The notes under the pieces are model-generated. The model worked only from the letters and a program-made list of their open reading frames with translations. It was not told the origin of the DNA and did no database searches. A stretch of 64,000 nt of DNA from Entomortierella parvispora E1425 (lineage: Eukaryota > Fungi > Mortierellomycota). Position numbers and translations under genes: made by a program. The stretch lies in NCBI GenBank assembly GCA_020891255.1, contig BQFW01000011.1, forward strand, positions 1,178,001-1,242,000, read 5' to 3'. The first letter of the stretch is position 1. Every line of letters starts with the position of its first letter. Shown piece by piece: positions 10,182-24,868 of this stretch.

Positions 10182-12542
10182 ATGAGCACCTCAGATTCCC
10201 AAATGCCGCATCCTCCCCATGTGCCATTCAAAGTCTTGACCATCGCTGGCAGCGACAGTGGCGGGTAACAAACAGATATATATATATATAAACATATGCC
10301 AAGCAATTCAGGGGTGCCATCGATCTAGCCTTCTCGCGGCGCAAAACTGGCAATTATCATTCACCTACAAACCGATCGTCAAAGGCTCATTTTTTATATT
10401 CACGTTGCATGTAATTAGTGGCGCTGGAATCCAGGCAGATTTGAAGACGTTCACGTCCTTGGAGACCTTTGGTACATCAGTTCTTACCTCGATCACATCC
10501 CAAAACACGCTTAAAGTCGATGGAATTCACGCAATCCCCGCCGCTTTCGTCGCTCAGCAGCTTGAGGCTGTCCTCTCCGATATCGGCATAGGTGCCATCA
10601 AAACAGGTATTGAAAGTGATTCTCATCGTTCGATCGTACGATTAGGACAGAATAAAAGTGATCCTTACTGACCGCATCGCATTGTAATAGGAATGCTTTG
10701 CAATGCTGAGATCATCAATGCCATTGGCGCAACCCTCCGAAAGCATTATCCAACAGCCACTTCGGTTCCAAACCTTGTGGTTGATCCCGTCATGATTGCT
10801 TCATCTGGAGCAGCTCTCTTGGACACTTCCGCAATTGAGTCACTCATTCAAGAGATTCTTCCACTATGCTTCATTCTGACGCCCAATGTTCCCGAAGCAG
10901 AGTATATTTTATCAAAGTCCTCGCTGAAGGAGCCTCTCTTTGCTGGCAAGGATGGCAAAATCGACTCGTTAGATCAGATGAAAGCTGCTGCACAGGATTT
11001 GGCCCGCCTTGGACCTGCCATAGTGCTGCTGAAGGGAGGACACTTGCCCTTCTATAAGAGTTCAGGAAAGGCATTACCCCAGGAGCTGTTCCACTCTTTG
11101 GATGACCTTACTGTGGATATGGAAGAGCTTGAGCTGGTTGATCTTATTTGGGATTCTCGCTCCGGTGTCTTCACAGAACTTCGAAAAGATTTCTTGCGCA
11201 CCAGTAGTACCCATGGGACAGGATGCACCCTCAGTGCAGCCATCGCCTCCAACCTGTCGCGTGGATACGAAGGTAAATGACCTCTACATATGTGCATAGA
11301 ATTGATTCGAATCAAACGACTCCAAGACAAATGAGAGACTGACATTGTTTCTTATATGGATGCCCAAAGCCCACGATGCCATTGTTAAAGGCGCGGACTA
11401 TGTCCAGTCTGCGATCAGAGACGGATTGACAGTCGGAGCTGGAAAAGGATGCCTCAACCATTTCCATCATGTTGTATCCCGGTCTATCGAGAAGTAAGGA
11501 TGTTCAATGAGTAGTTGAAGAGGAAAGGATATTATCGTGCGTATTGACGCGCCATCTTCGTGATTTTAGACCCACTCGCTTTAATCCCCATCCTTTGACC
11601 AGCTACTTGCTTAAAGCCTGTGAAAAAGATTGGAAGGAATATACCGAGCACGAATTTGTCCGCAGAATTGGAGATGGAACTTTACCAAAGGAGAGCTTTA
11701 TCCATTACATGAAGCAGGACTATCTCTTTCTACAAACGTATGCCCGAGCTCATGGTCTGGGCGCTTTCAAGGCTAGAACTATGGCCGAGTCTCAAGCATT
11801 CGCTGAAATTGTGGTCCATATTGCTCATGAATCCAAACTTCACGTCGACGTAAGTGTCTGTTGCCCAACTGTGCCAAGATCATTTCCTCCTAAATAGACA
11901 CTAATATTTTGTTGTCCTGTTTAGTACTGTGCCAAATGGGGTATTACTTACGAGGAGATGGTCAGAACCCCTGAGAGCATGGCGAATGTGGCATACACGC
12001 GCTATGTTCTTGATATTGGTATGTTTCCATGCGGGAGCCGAGACTGCGATAACCTCTCTTTGCTCGAGTCCATGTCAAATGGCTGATTTTTTTTTTTTTT
12101 TTTTTTTTTGTTGTAACAAACTGAAATCCATCTAGGCATGACCGGCGATCTTCTCGATCTTGGATTGGCAATCGCTCCTTGCCTGATCGGCTATGGTCAA
12201 ATTGGCAATCGACTTTACAACGATCCTAACACGGTCAGAGGCGATGCTAACCCTTATTGGGAATGGATCAAGAACTATCATGACAGTGACTATCAGTCCG
12301 CAGTGACCCGTGGAATTGGTAAGGGGATTTTTCAATGAATATCGTTTATAGATTTGATCCGCAAATTGTTTTCTATACGGCTAGCTTGCTCATGATATAT
12401 TTCATTGTTTTTAGCAAATTTGGAGCGTCAGGGCAACATTCAGGAACCATCACAGTTTCGTCTTAAGCAACTAGAAGAGATTTTCAGAACTGCCACAAGG
12501 CTGGAGGTCTCCTTTTGGGAAATGGCCCTTCACCAGCTATAG
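10182..12542 (+). CDS. THI20: Hydroxymethylpyrimidine/phosphomethylpyrimidine kinase (ThiD) fused to TenA thiaminase II
   Basis: Multi-exon. Spliced [57 protein letters not shown] and THGTGCTLSAAIA. TenA domain: HEFVRRIGDGTLPKESFIHYMKQDYLFL, APCLIGY (catalytic Cys), NPYWEWI, LEVSFWEMAL. Confidence 0.93.
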
Positions 12543-13225
12543 CTAATTTAATACCTACAGCTGCAACAACAATAACATTCCCTGTTACAATATCTCAAGG
12601 AGGCCCACTTTTTTTTTCTTTTTTTTCCCCCGTAGGGGTGATCACTTCGTTGTTGTCCGGGATGGGAAGAATCTTGGACATAGGAACATCTCTAGCAGCC
12701 CTCTTGACGAATGATTAATCGAGACCGCGACTGCTACTCTTCTCCCTCCTCAATTCCTTCGATATACATTGAATCGATCTCCTTCACATGATTGTTTCTT
12801 CACACATTCGGCCATTCTGTGCGACCTACGCTGCTCGGTACAAAAGATTGTCCAAAGATGAATTTTCCCTAGTGATATCGTGGCTGTTATCTCCGAGGAG
12901 ACCGACTCTAGCTGCCTATTCAATTGGACACGGAAGGATGTCGCATGTAGAAAATAGGTGTTCGGTAGTTGATGTTGGGGGGAGGGAGGGGGGGGGAAGA
13001 ATAGTGGGTGAGTTGAGAAAGAAAGAAAGGAAAACGAATAGGTGCTGGCGTTGGCAGGCAGTTTTCAATGATTGATCGCAGTGACCGTGCTCAATGTGTT
13101 TTATTTTTATCATCGTGATATCGTTTTTTTTTTGGGTGAAGCACAATATTATTTTCAGAAGAATAAATTTTATTCTCAATTTTTATGAACGACTGGAACT
13201 CTCCTTCGTCGTTCCATTGCTCACC

Positions 13226-14543
13226 ATGCCTCCAAAACGCAAACAAAAATCAACTACAGCTGAAGCGATTTCAGATGCAGCATCCAAACCAATTGAACGA
13301 CAAACGCGAATGAGGATTTCTAATGCACAGCTTGGGATTCTTGTTGAGTTCATGGAGATACCAGCGAACTTCGACCTCTTGTATAATCATGGAAAGACTA
13401 CCTTCGCAGACAAGAAGGGGGCAACAAAGGCATATGCTTTTGGGAAGATGGCCGAGTACTTAATCAAGAGAGTGGATGAGCAACCTACTTTGCGAGGCAA
13501 CCTCGACCCCTCTATGGTTAATGCAATGTGGGTTGAGAAACGATGGAGGCACCTTCTGGATCTGTTTGAACAACATAAATCTCGAATGCGCTCGACAAGT
13601 CACGGAGTAGGATATTCAACTCTTGCCGAGGACACCGATAAAAAATGTCCCTATTTTGATGTGCTTTCTGACATGTTTCGCGATAACCCAAAGCACGATC
13701 CTGTATACACCATAGAGCTTGGTGCACTGCCAGCAGCAAGGTAATTTTCATGTCTCATTTCCAAATGCCAGGTTCAGCCTTGATCTTACAAGGGTTCGAT
13801 TTATTTGCCCTGGAACTAGCAATGGCGAATCTAGCGCACCATCTCCGGAAGCTTCACTACAGGAATACAACCATCGTTCCGAGATCAGTGACGACGATAA
13901 GCCATTTGTCAGGAACAACCATAAACGGCCGAGCCTTAAAGAGAGAAGGGTCGAGAATTTGGACTCTGACTCAGGACTTTCTCAAGACGAAAACGATGCT
14001 GAGGTTACTGGATTAATGGATCGTGACAGGGCACCAGGAGACACTGTGAAGGGCAACAATCACTCGGATCAATTGACCCAAAGTCGCTCAGTGGCACTTG
14101 CTTCTCGAAAGAGAAAAGCGGATACACACCTACCTACACGAAAGCATCCGCCTGGTTCTAATCCTCAACCGAGCCCCACCACCACTGTGGGAGAGCAGTC
14201 TTCAGACAGCGATTCACGATTCACAACTGTCAAGCAATCGATGGCGCACTACTCCGCCTTGAAAGAGACCCTTCAGAGAATACGACTGGAACAACGGGAA
14301 AAAGAGTACGCAGCACAATTGGAAAACCAAAAAGCACTGTTACAGATCCAGATTCAGGCACAGATGGAACTGAAAAGGCTGGATCTAGAGGCGCAGCGAG
14401 AAGAGAGGGAGGCTCGGCGAGAAGAGAGGGAGCTGAGGAGACTTGAACTGGAAGAGCAGCGTGCAATGAGGGAACAGCAAATGTTGCTCCGGTCAAAGGA
14501 ACTGGAATTAATGATGAGCTTCTTCAGGAAAACGGCACCATGA
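13226..14543 (+). CDS. Myb/SANT-like (trihelix-type) DNA-binding protein with C-terminal coiled coil
   Basis: Exon 13226-13740, GT donor at 13741, uncertain acceptor (13791, 13819 or 13834 all keep frame), then exon to 14543. Helical N-terminal domain ending KRWRHLLDLF..KKCPYFDVLSDMFRDNP, followed by a low-complexity linker and an E/R/Q-rich coiled coil. Confidence 0.65.
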
Positions 14544-14943
14544 GAAAATGTCCTTGCATAAAAATATAAAATAAAAAAATAGAAAATGCAGCAAAAACCT
14601 CAACAAGACAACGAACAGAAACTAGAATTGGACTGTGTTCATCAAGCTCTGAAAAGTCAAAAGAAGTGATCCGCATCTCGTGTAACGAACTTCGCGGTAC
14701 GCTGAGTCTATCTTCCAGGAATCAGTCTCGAGCGAGTTCGTTTGCGCGTTTGTATAAGCATGTGCGCGTGTTCATACAAGAAAAAAAAATGGAGACAGAG
14801 CTTGGTAGCAAGAGGTTTGACTTGTGTCTAGTAGTGGCAACTACCAGGTGCAGTTTTCATTAGAAATTACTATGTGTGCGTGTTCCGTATCCAATGGAGA
14901 TCTCGCATGCAGCTTTTGTTCCTCAGCAACCTGAATGTCGACA

Positions 14944-17900
14944 CTATCCACTCAGCTGTTCACTGAGGCCCTTTACAAACAGCCTTGAGAGGCCGGGGAT
15001 CTCTTGCTCTGCATTCTCGAACGCCCGCTTGAGATCTTCTATAGCATGGCGTTCGCTCTCTCGCAAACATAGTCCATGAAGCTATAGTCACAAAAGAAGA
15101 AAAAGGTAGCGGGTCTATTAGTCCAATTTCCTCCAGTTTTTATCAACTCAATATGTGAATAGAAGAAGAACCGACCGACGACCTACGTTTGTCAATACTG
15201 GGCGCACAAAAGTCTGGTAGACTTTGTCTCTTGTCAAGTCAGTTGAGGTGGGTCGTTCCTTGCGTTGGTGATGGGGTTGCTCATGAACTGCTAATTTCTC
15301 AACGTTATGGTGACCTTCATTTCTGACAGTATCATACCCAGAGTCACTTTGCTTTATCTTCTATCATCAAATGGCGAAGATGTTCAAGAGAGCAGTGAGA
15401 GCAGTTCAGTACACGAGTGTTTTTAATTACCAGAGTCTTCTTTCTTTCATTTTTCTTACCTCATTGCTTTCATGAGAAGAGTGACTGCCTTGATGTTTTC
15501 CATTGGAGGCTCCATTGCTGATACCGTTGCTACGGCCGCTAGCATGGCCGTTCCCACCTGCATTGCCATTTATATGGCCATTTGCATGGCTTCCACCGAG
15601 ATAGGCGCTGTGCTGACTAGAAGAGGAGGATGACGGTCTTGGCTGCTGTGAAGATGCTGACGAGGATCGACTGTCTGGAGAGCTCGATGCGGAAGCAACG
15701 GCAAAAGCAGCTGCCGCTCCAGAAGAGGAAGAGCCTGGCCTATTCAAAACTGATCCAGGTATACGTATTGTTGCTGGATCAAAATCCCAGTCGCCATCTT
15801 CTGCATCTTCATATCTGCTACTATTTATTTTAGAGAAAGAAGAAAAAAATCGTTAACAGAGAACAGACTGAATGGGACCGTTCCAGCTTCGTTTCCCTTT
15901 CTTTCCTCCTTTTCCATAACGCGAACATACTTCTCATTCTCATCATCTGACGATTCACTTTCGCGTGATCCTCCTTCAGATATCCATCGCTCATGGGTCT
16001 CCAAGAGTTCAGTTAGATATGAAGACTTCTTTGCGGTCTTGATAAACCTATGTTTCGATAATTCTTTTGCTGAGGGTCGCTATAGACATTGGAGGAAGAA
16101 TGGGTTAATCAAAAGTCATTTGAGAGCGAATAAAACTTTGAGAGGCGCCAAAAAGAAAAAAAAAAAATACCAGTGCTGGGTCGCGCTGCAAACAGGCTGC
16201 CACGAACTCTTTGAAGGCCTTGCTGTAGTTTCCCTCAAGTACGGGTGGCGTGTTTTTAGGGATCAAGAAGAGGACTTTCATTGGATGCATGTCCGAATAA
16301 GGTGGCTGTCCCTTTGCAAGTTCAATGGCCGTGATACCCAATGACCAGATATCGGCCTTGTTGTCGTATCCTGATTGTTTAATCACTTCCGGTGCCATCC
16401 AAAACTAGCAAAAGGACAAAAACGTGCATGTGCCATTAGCTAAGGTTTTACCACATGATATCCTGGGGTCAGAATAGGGGTGAAGTGATAAGGAGGGGGA
16501 ATGACACGAGCACCTACTGGGGTTCCCACGAACGTGTTTTTCTTGGTCATGGTCGCCGTCAACTAGAAACGATCAAATTCAGCCCAACAACTACGTTAAG
16601 GCTCACGAAACAAACCCCCTTGCAAAAAAACTCTCACCAAAGTAAAAAAGAATAGCCTTTGTTACCTGTCCCGACACTCCGAAGTCGGCTAGTTTGACTT
16701 CTCCATCCGCCGTGAGCAAGACATTTGCAGCTAATTGGATGGTCGATCGTACCAGGCAACCCAGCAAACTAGTGTCAGTAGCATTCTTGATAAAGAAAAT
16801 ACAAGGGTCCAGATGACATTGCAAGTACACGCATTGCGGTACCGTCCTTGTTACCTTTGATATCTATGGCCAGTAAACAAATGGTTGCAGCCAGGGAGAC
16901 ATCACGCGTGACGCGTACAGAGAAGGGAAACAAGATTAGAGTTCACCTTCAACTTTTTTTTTCCGCTGAAAGCAATTGACCAAGAGACTGACCTCGATGG
17001 AGCTTCCCCTCGCCATGAAGATATTCCAGACCTCTAAGTAGCTCTCTGCAGATAATGGCAATGTAGTCTTCCTTGAACGATGCTGCTTTCATCTACAGAT
17101 TCAGTTCAAACGGAGAAAAGGAAAAAAAAATGGGTCAGCTGCGTCCGTCACGGCGTGTCAACCCTTTTCTTTTTTGTACAACGTGGGGATGACATGGGAC
17201 AACAAGAATGGCAGTAAGATGGACTCCTACCAGATCAGAGCAAGATCCTCCGGAGCAGTACTCCATGATGATCCACAAGTTAGCACCCTTCAAAAACGAT
17301 GCAAAGTATCTGCACGAACGAAAGAGGAAGTGTTTGGTTAGGCGCAACCGCAACGCGGGAATGATGCACTTCGTGGCCCACATTGAACCACCCTCTCCCC
17401 TACTCTGTTCAAGATCATGTTGAAGGAGAAAAGTGAAGAGAATCTACTCCCTCTTCTTTGCCATTTGGCGTTATCCATACCTTGTCACAAAAGGAGAGTC
17501 CAGCTGCGAGAGAATGTTGATCTCTTGTTGGATGTCATCTATCTCGTCCTCTGCATTCTCGAGGTCAATGATCTTTATAGCCACGGGCTTTTTAGTCCTT
17601 CGGTCAATTCTAAAAGTAGCCATGAATAGGGGTAAACGATTGAAAAAGCAGGAGTAAAATGTGGACAGCGTCAGTCTGTAGTCATAGTAACAGCCGTACA
17701 CAATAAGTGGTAAAAAAAGTGTTTTCGGCTGTTGGATTCTGCCGTCAAGAGTTTTGAGCACGGTGGGACCAAAGGGCGCAGCTGAACAATCTCCCACAGT
17801 TCATTGTTCCTATTCTTGGTCCGAAGGGGTTGAAGGCAGAAGGATTGTTGTTGTTTGCCACGTTGTCTAGTGCGCACGCTGCTCACGCCTGTGCTGGTTT

Positions 17901-18519
17901 GTTGTTCTGCGCCATTGCTTCGCAAAAGTTTCGATGGATGGTGAGGTCAGGGGGTGGGCGATGCTTTCAACGAGAGCAGTATGACGGAAGAACAAGGGGC
18001 AAAAACAGGCAACCAAAAAAAAAAAAAAATTGATCACACGTTTGACCGATCAGAGACACGAAGGTATCATGTTCTGTGGCCCTTCCTGTTGTCCCTCATT
18101 CCCGCATATCCTCGACTTATTTTTCTTGAAGAATAAAACACTGCCAGTTGTAAAGAGGAAAAAAAAGCTTACCCTTTGAAAACTTCTCCAAAAGACCCCT
18201 TGCCTATAAAGATAAAGGGTAGGTCAACAGAAGCTCTCACGCAAGGCTAAGGGAGGACGAATTCACTTGAAGACAAAAGAGCCCGTAGGAAAGACGAGTA
18301 CACGTTTAGTTTCTTTGCGATGGGCGATGTATTACCGATGCGCTCGAGTTTGACATAATATTCTTCAGGGTCAAGTTGACTAGATACGCTCTAGATGGGA
18401 CAAACGAGGAACAAAAGGTGGAAACGTGGGTGAGTTGACCGAGTACGAGCAGAATAAAGTGAGAGACCAAAGTGGTTTGTACGTCTTTTGCAAGTTCTCC
18501 TTGTGTTTTAGTTTACCAT
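14944..18519 (-). CDS. Ste20-family GCK-III Ser/Thr kinase (STK24/25/26, MST3-like)
   Basis: About 12 exons; first exon is probably the ATG alone (18519-18517). Spliced [88 protein letters not shown]. Last exon 15081-14944 encodes [31 protein letters not shown]. Confidence 0.92.
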
Positions 18520-19120
18520 GCTGAATAGTGTAAAATGATGCTTGTACGGTGATTAAGAATGAAAGACAAAGAGGAAGAGAGAATGAGACGAAGTGTAGGA
18601 AGTAGTCGGGGGGGAATGAGGCACTGTTGATGAGGTTGATGAGGGAATGGAGTAAGAGAAAAAGAATTGAAAGGGGAACACGGGAACAAAACAAAGGAGA
18701 CTGTCGACGACACTTGGGTTCGTGTGTGGAGCACCTCGCAAAATAAGGGGTTACGACGAGTGCAGTTCCTGCATCTGGCCATGCCACCTGGTCTTTCGTT
18801 GGCAAAAGCAATCCTCAAGCTTGTGTCCCCGAGCTATGAAATGTTTAGCGGCCTGCCTCCCACCTGTGCTGCAACGATATCAGAGCAATTGGACGGGGAT
18901 CTCAATTGCAACACGCGTGCGTCGAACTTGCCCACCTGTTCCTGGATCACACATCGAGAACCATCGAGCGCGATACTTTCTCGTTGATCCTGTGTCGCCC
19001 CACACCCGATCTGCACGTGACCACCGGCTCTCTTCTCCGCCTTTTTAGACTTCCTCGATTCAGCAATCCGATCATTCACTCCCTCACTTTCTCTTCTCCA
19101 CTCATCCCCGCATTAACATT

Positions 19121-20999
<1,879 letters not shown>

Positions 21000-21301
21000 A
21001 CATACAAGTCCCACTGTCCCACTCTCTACAGCATACACACTTAACATAAACAGTACAATGAATCATAAAAACCCTTTATATCCTTGAGCAACGACTGCTC
21101 ACTCGCATTGATATTCTGCCCGGTGTTTGTAAAACTGATAATGGTGTTGAGATGATCCTTTTATTGTGGTGGTAAATCTTCAACGGCAAAGAATGGATCC
21201 ACACAGTGATTCTTCATTGCAGTGGGAAAGGCATCCTCCATGTAATAAATCTCTTTTCTCCTGTTTTTTTTTCCTCCTTCTGTCTGGCGAATGTTGTATC
21301 T

Positions 21302-22624
21302 TTAAGCAATGTTGGCGAGGTAATCCTTGATCTCGACTGGGGACAATTTCCTAAACTCTGGCAAGACGACAGCACCATCATCCTTGGTGGAGACAACTCC
21401 TGTAATAATTCCAATTTCAATGGTGTTCTCTGTCATCTGCCCTTCAAATCCCTCCTTCAAGGTCAAGATGGCGGTGTGGATGGCATCCTCGAGTTCAATA
21501 TCGTCGTTGTAGCGCTTCTCCAAGAATGTCTTTGCGTTCACCATGTTCTTGCCCACAGCCGTTGCCTTCCATGGCCAGTAAGAACCCGAGGGATCAACCT
21601 GGTACAGCATAGGTCCACTCTCATCAAATCCTGCAATCAAAAGCGACACACCAAAGGGACGAACACCTCTAAGAATGTCAAATACAGTAAGCAAGAGAAT
21701 GCAACCAAAGGTCAGTTCAAGCACTTCGCACTTCTCTCTCATCGAATCCAGCCCATGGTCCGAATTCGAATTCCTGAAACAAAATGCAACAGGACAATAT
21801 TTTTACCCGCTCTGTGTAAACTCTTGCATGACGCCAGCAATCTCCTTGACAAGGATCGCTGTTGGTGGCTCCTCCATGTACACTCTTTTGTAGGCTTGAG
21901 CAGCCTTCCTTGATTTGTTGACTAAAACACGGAAATCAGGGCCCATGCCCGAGTAGACCATGCCAATGTTGGAGCTGATAATCGCCACCTTTTCCAAAGA
22001 AGAGTCGTCAATCAAAGTCGAAACTGCCTTCTTCTCAGTCGCAATAACAATACCGTTCGTGGCTAAAAAAAAAGAGTAAAAGAAATAAAACAGCAAGAAA
22101 ATTAGTTTTCTGTCAACTCTTTTCTGTGTCTCTCCAGTTACTGTCGACTAGAGTCTCGATTCGTGGTTAAGGTGCTACTGTTCCGATGCCGCAGTCTATG
22201 CGTTTGAGCATTCGTCGCTTCTTCCTTGACCCTTGATTTTGACCTTTCTGTTTGATCCAGCTGAAAGGCATCCAAAAACGATCCGAGAAAGCGATCTTTC
22301 GTGCTTCCCGGTTTCCTTGAAAATACGTAGAAAAAGAAGAAAAAAGAAAAAAAAAGAAAACATCCAGATGAAACGAGGATTACCTTTGATGCCGATCGAA
22401 GTAACACCCTAAAGACAAAAGCAATTCCAAAAAATATGATGAAGAGGTGTTAGACCCCGAGAATCGCTCCAATGTTTGGGTACATCAAAATATGAAGATA
22501 TCTGCAAGAAAAGATCAATTCTGCGCCTTCTTACACTGTTGACTGCTGCAAGGGCATGCTCGATCTGGACCAGCTTTCCAGCGGGAGAGAATGTTGTGAG
22601 CGAGAAGGAGTATCTGTCAGCCAT
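21302..22624 (-). CDS. PRE8: 20S proteasome subunit alpha type 2
   Basis: Four exons: [30 protein letters not shown] / GVTSIGIK / [31 protein letters not shown] / [33 protein letters not shown]. Confidence 0.96.
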
Positions 22625-23237
22625 GGTATGCTATTTGCCGAGGTGTGTGGGCGAGTGAAGGTACAGTCGGATGGGGTTGGATGAATGCACGAAAGAGATG
22701 AATGTCCTTTTTGCACCGAGATTTGCCAAAGACGAGAGCTGTTCCTTAGAGGGGAAAGAGAAGGATAGCGAGAACGGGGTCGGCGATAAAGCGTATGTTG
22801 CAGGTGAAAGGTGAAAGAAAGGGTTCGTAAAAGAATGAAGAAAGCAGGAGACAGAAGAGGGTAATGAAATGAATGCAAGTCCCCTCCACAGGCCCACAGA
22901 CGTTGCGCGTCGCCTGCCTTGCGCGTCGAAATGTCACGTCCTGCCCTGAGCAGTGCATACGATCAGCAGGATCGGTGACGAGTCAGTTAGTCAGGTGACC
23001 CGTTTTTGGCTCTCATTTGCCCATGGGCGTTGCTGCCCTTCAACCTCCGCCCAAAGGGAAGAAGGGCGGGCGGGATGATGGGTCTCACTCCCTTCCCTCT
23101 CTCTTCTCTCTGCTCCCTTCTTCATTCACTCATTCACTCATTCATCGCTCGCTCACCTCCTCATTCCCACTTCACTCTTTGACCGTTGGTCGCCTTATTT
23201 CTTCCTGCCCTGGCAATTAATCTGCGATCTGCCAAAA

Positions 23238-24131
23238 ATGTCCTCGACTCTCTCTCCCCCTGGGTCTTCTATCACTTCATCCTTTCCGCCCTCCTCTTCC
23301 AGGCTATCTACCATTTCTCTTCTTCTCGCCTTCTTCCTGATTCTTCAGACAATACCCCTACCAACCACGGATGCCTCCTTTCTTGACCAGTGCACTATAG
23401 GTTTCTCTGCACTCCTAACAGATCGAGGTGTAAATGCTTGTGTACCTATCGGGCCACTGACGACTTTGGTTACGGACGACATCACGCCCCAGCTGCTCAA
23501 TGATACCACGACCACTTTTTGCCGTCTTCCCGATTGCAGTCCTGCGACCGTAACCTTGATTGAGAACACCATCAACCAAAACTGCTTGAACACATCGGAG
23601 GATTACTCGGATATGCAGGCCATCTATGAGGTCGCATCCCTGTATGTACCCTTGAAGCAAGGGTTGTGTCAACGAATTGATCCACCCAAGAATGGAACAT
23701 TTTGTCTGACAGTCCTGGCGGATTCCCTGGAGCAATATGTGAAAAAGCATCCACAGATCAATAATTGGGACGTGATCCTGAACCAAACCCTGTTCCAGCA
23801 ATATGTGGCATCGATACCGGATTCGTTGTTGTGCACGGATTGCAACAAGGCCATGATCACGCCTGTGATCAGCTTTGTGTCGACCCGGCAATTGAACTTG
23901 GATCCAGCCCTGGTAGCCTCTGTGAGAGGAATTCAGTTCTTGATCCAGAAACGATGTGGACCCAACTTTGTGGATGGCGTCGCCCCGGCACCGATCTCGT
24001 CGCCTGTGCCGTCTCAGAGCCAGAGTGGGCTTGGATCGAACTCGTTGTTGATGGTATCCCAGTGGTTGTGGACTCTCGCCTCCACAGGTACCGCAGTGGC
24101 CTTCTTCGCTTATACCTTTAATCATAGTTAG
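23238..24131 (+). CDS. Cys-rich secreted, probably GPI-anchored protein of unknown function
   Basis: Single-exon 297-aa ORF. Hydrophobic signal-like segment LLLAFFLILQTIPL, about 10 spaced Cys including LCTDC, several N-x-T/S sequons, a Ser/Pro stalk and a hydrophobic C-terminal tail. Confidence 0.75.
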   Translation: MSSTLSPPGSSITSSFPPSSSRLSTISLLLAFFLILQTIPLPTTDASFLDQCTIGFSALLTDRGVNACVPIGPLTTLVTDDITPQLLNDTTTTFCRLPDCSPATVTLIENTINQNCLNTSEDYSDMQAIYEVASLYVPLKQGLCQRIDPPKNGTFCLTVLADSLEQYVKKHPQINNWDVILNQTLFQQYVASIPDSLLCTDCNKAMITPVISFVSTRQLNLDPALVASVRGIQFLIQKRCGPNFVDGVAPAPISSPVPSQSQSGLGSNSLLMVSQWLWTLASTGTAVAFFAYTFNHS

Positions 24132-24868
24132 CCTCGACAGCGTCGATTGGTGAAAAAAATATACCCCAAACCATGATAAAAACTCATGTCATCATCTTTT
24201 GATCTTGTGTGCCTTTTTGAGGCTTTTTGTCCACAGGGTCCGAAAAATGGCGTTATCCAATTGAGGCTTGGAGTGGAAAAGATTAAAAAAAAATCAAACA
24301 ACAGCCAAGGGCGCAACTCCAGAGTATCTTTTTTGCTGTACGCTTTTTGTCCTCGTGTGCGCCAAAAGCGGTAGCGTTGCCAAGCATCGCCCCGCCGTCA
24401 CCCAAGGGGGTGAAAGCATAGCCACCCCTCCCTGAGAAAAAAAAAATATCCTGGGAGTGTTGTTGCCTTTGTTGCACAGAGATCAAAGAGAGCAAGCTCG
24501 AAAGCTGTTCCCGCTTCCTGGCTTTCCACTCTACCTTTTAGGTCGCTATGCAAGAAAACAGCCCTGGTCATCTACCAGACTGCCCAAACTCTTATTTCTC
24601 CTCGGAGCGAAAAACATCTTGACGCCTGGTTCAAACTTTCCTCTTATCTTGCATTCCCGGTGTCTCTCGGTGTGGTGTGCGTGCCGTGTCTTCAACGACA
24701 GAGATGTTCTTTGCCCAAATGACCATGGACAACATCATATTCGATGCAAAAAGTGAGGAGATGATTTATTAGAGGCCTATGGACATGATGTGGGGATGAA
24801 TGATGATTATGACTTTCGTGTGCTGTGTCTGTCATAAGAAAGGCATTACTTTCTGTTTTGTTTTTTTT

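Noticed and set aside
12540-12551. TAG-CTA readthrough-like context at the THI20 stop
   Set aside because: Readthrough would add only X-L-I before TAA, creating no peroxisomal targeting signal.
23415-24125. 236-aa minus-strand ORF
   Set aside because: Antisense to the Cys-rich secreted protein, which has the coherent architecture.
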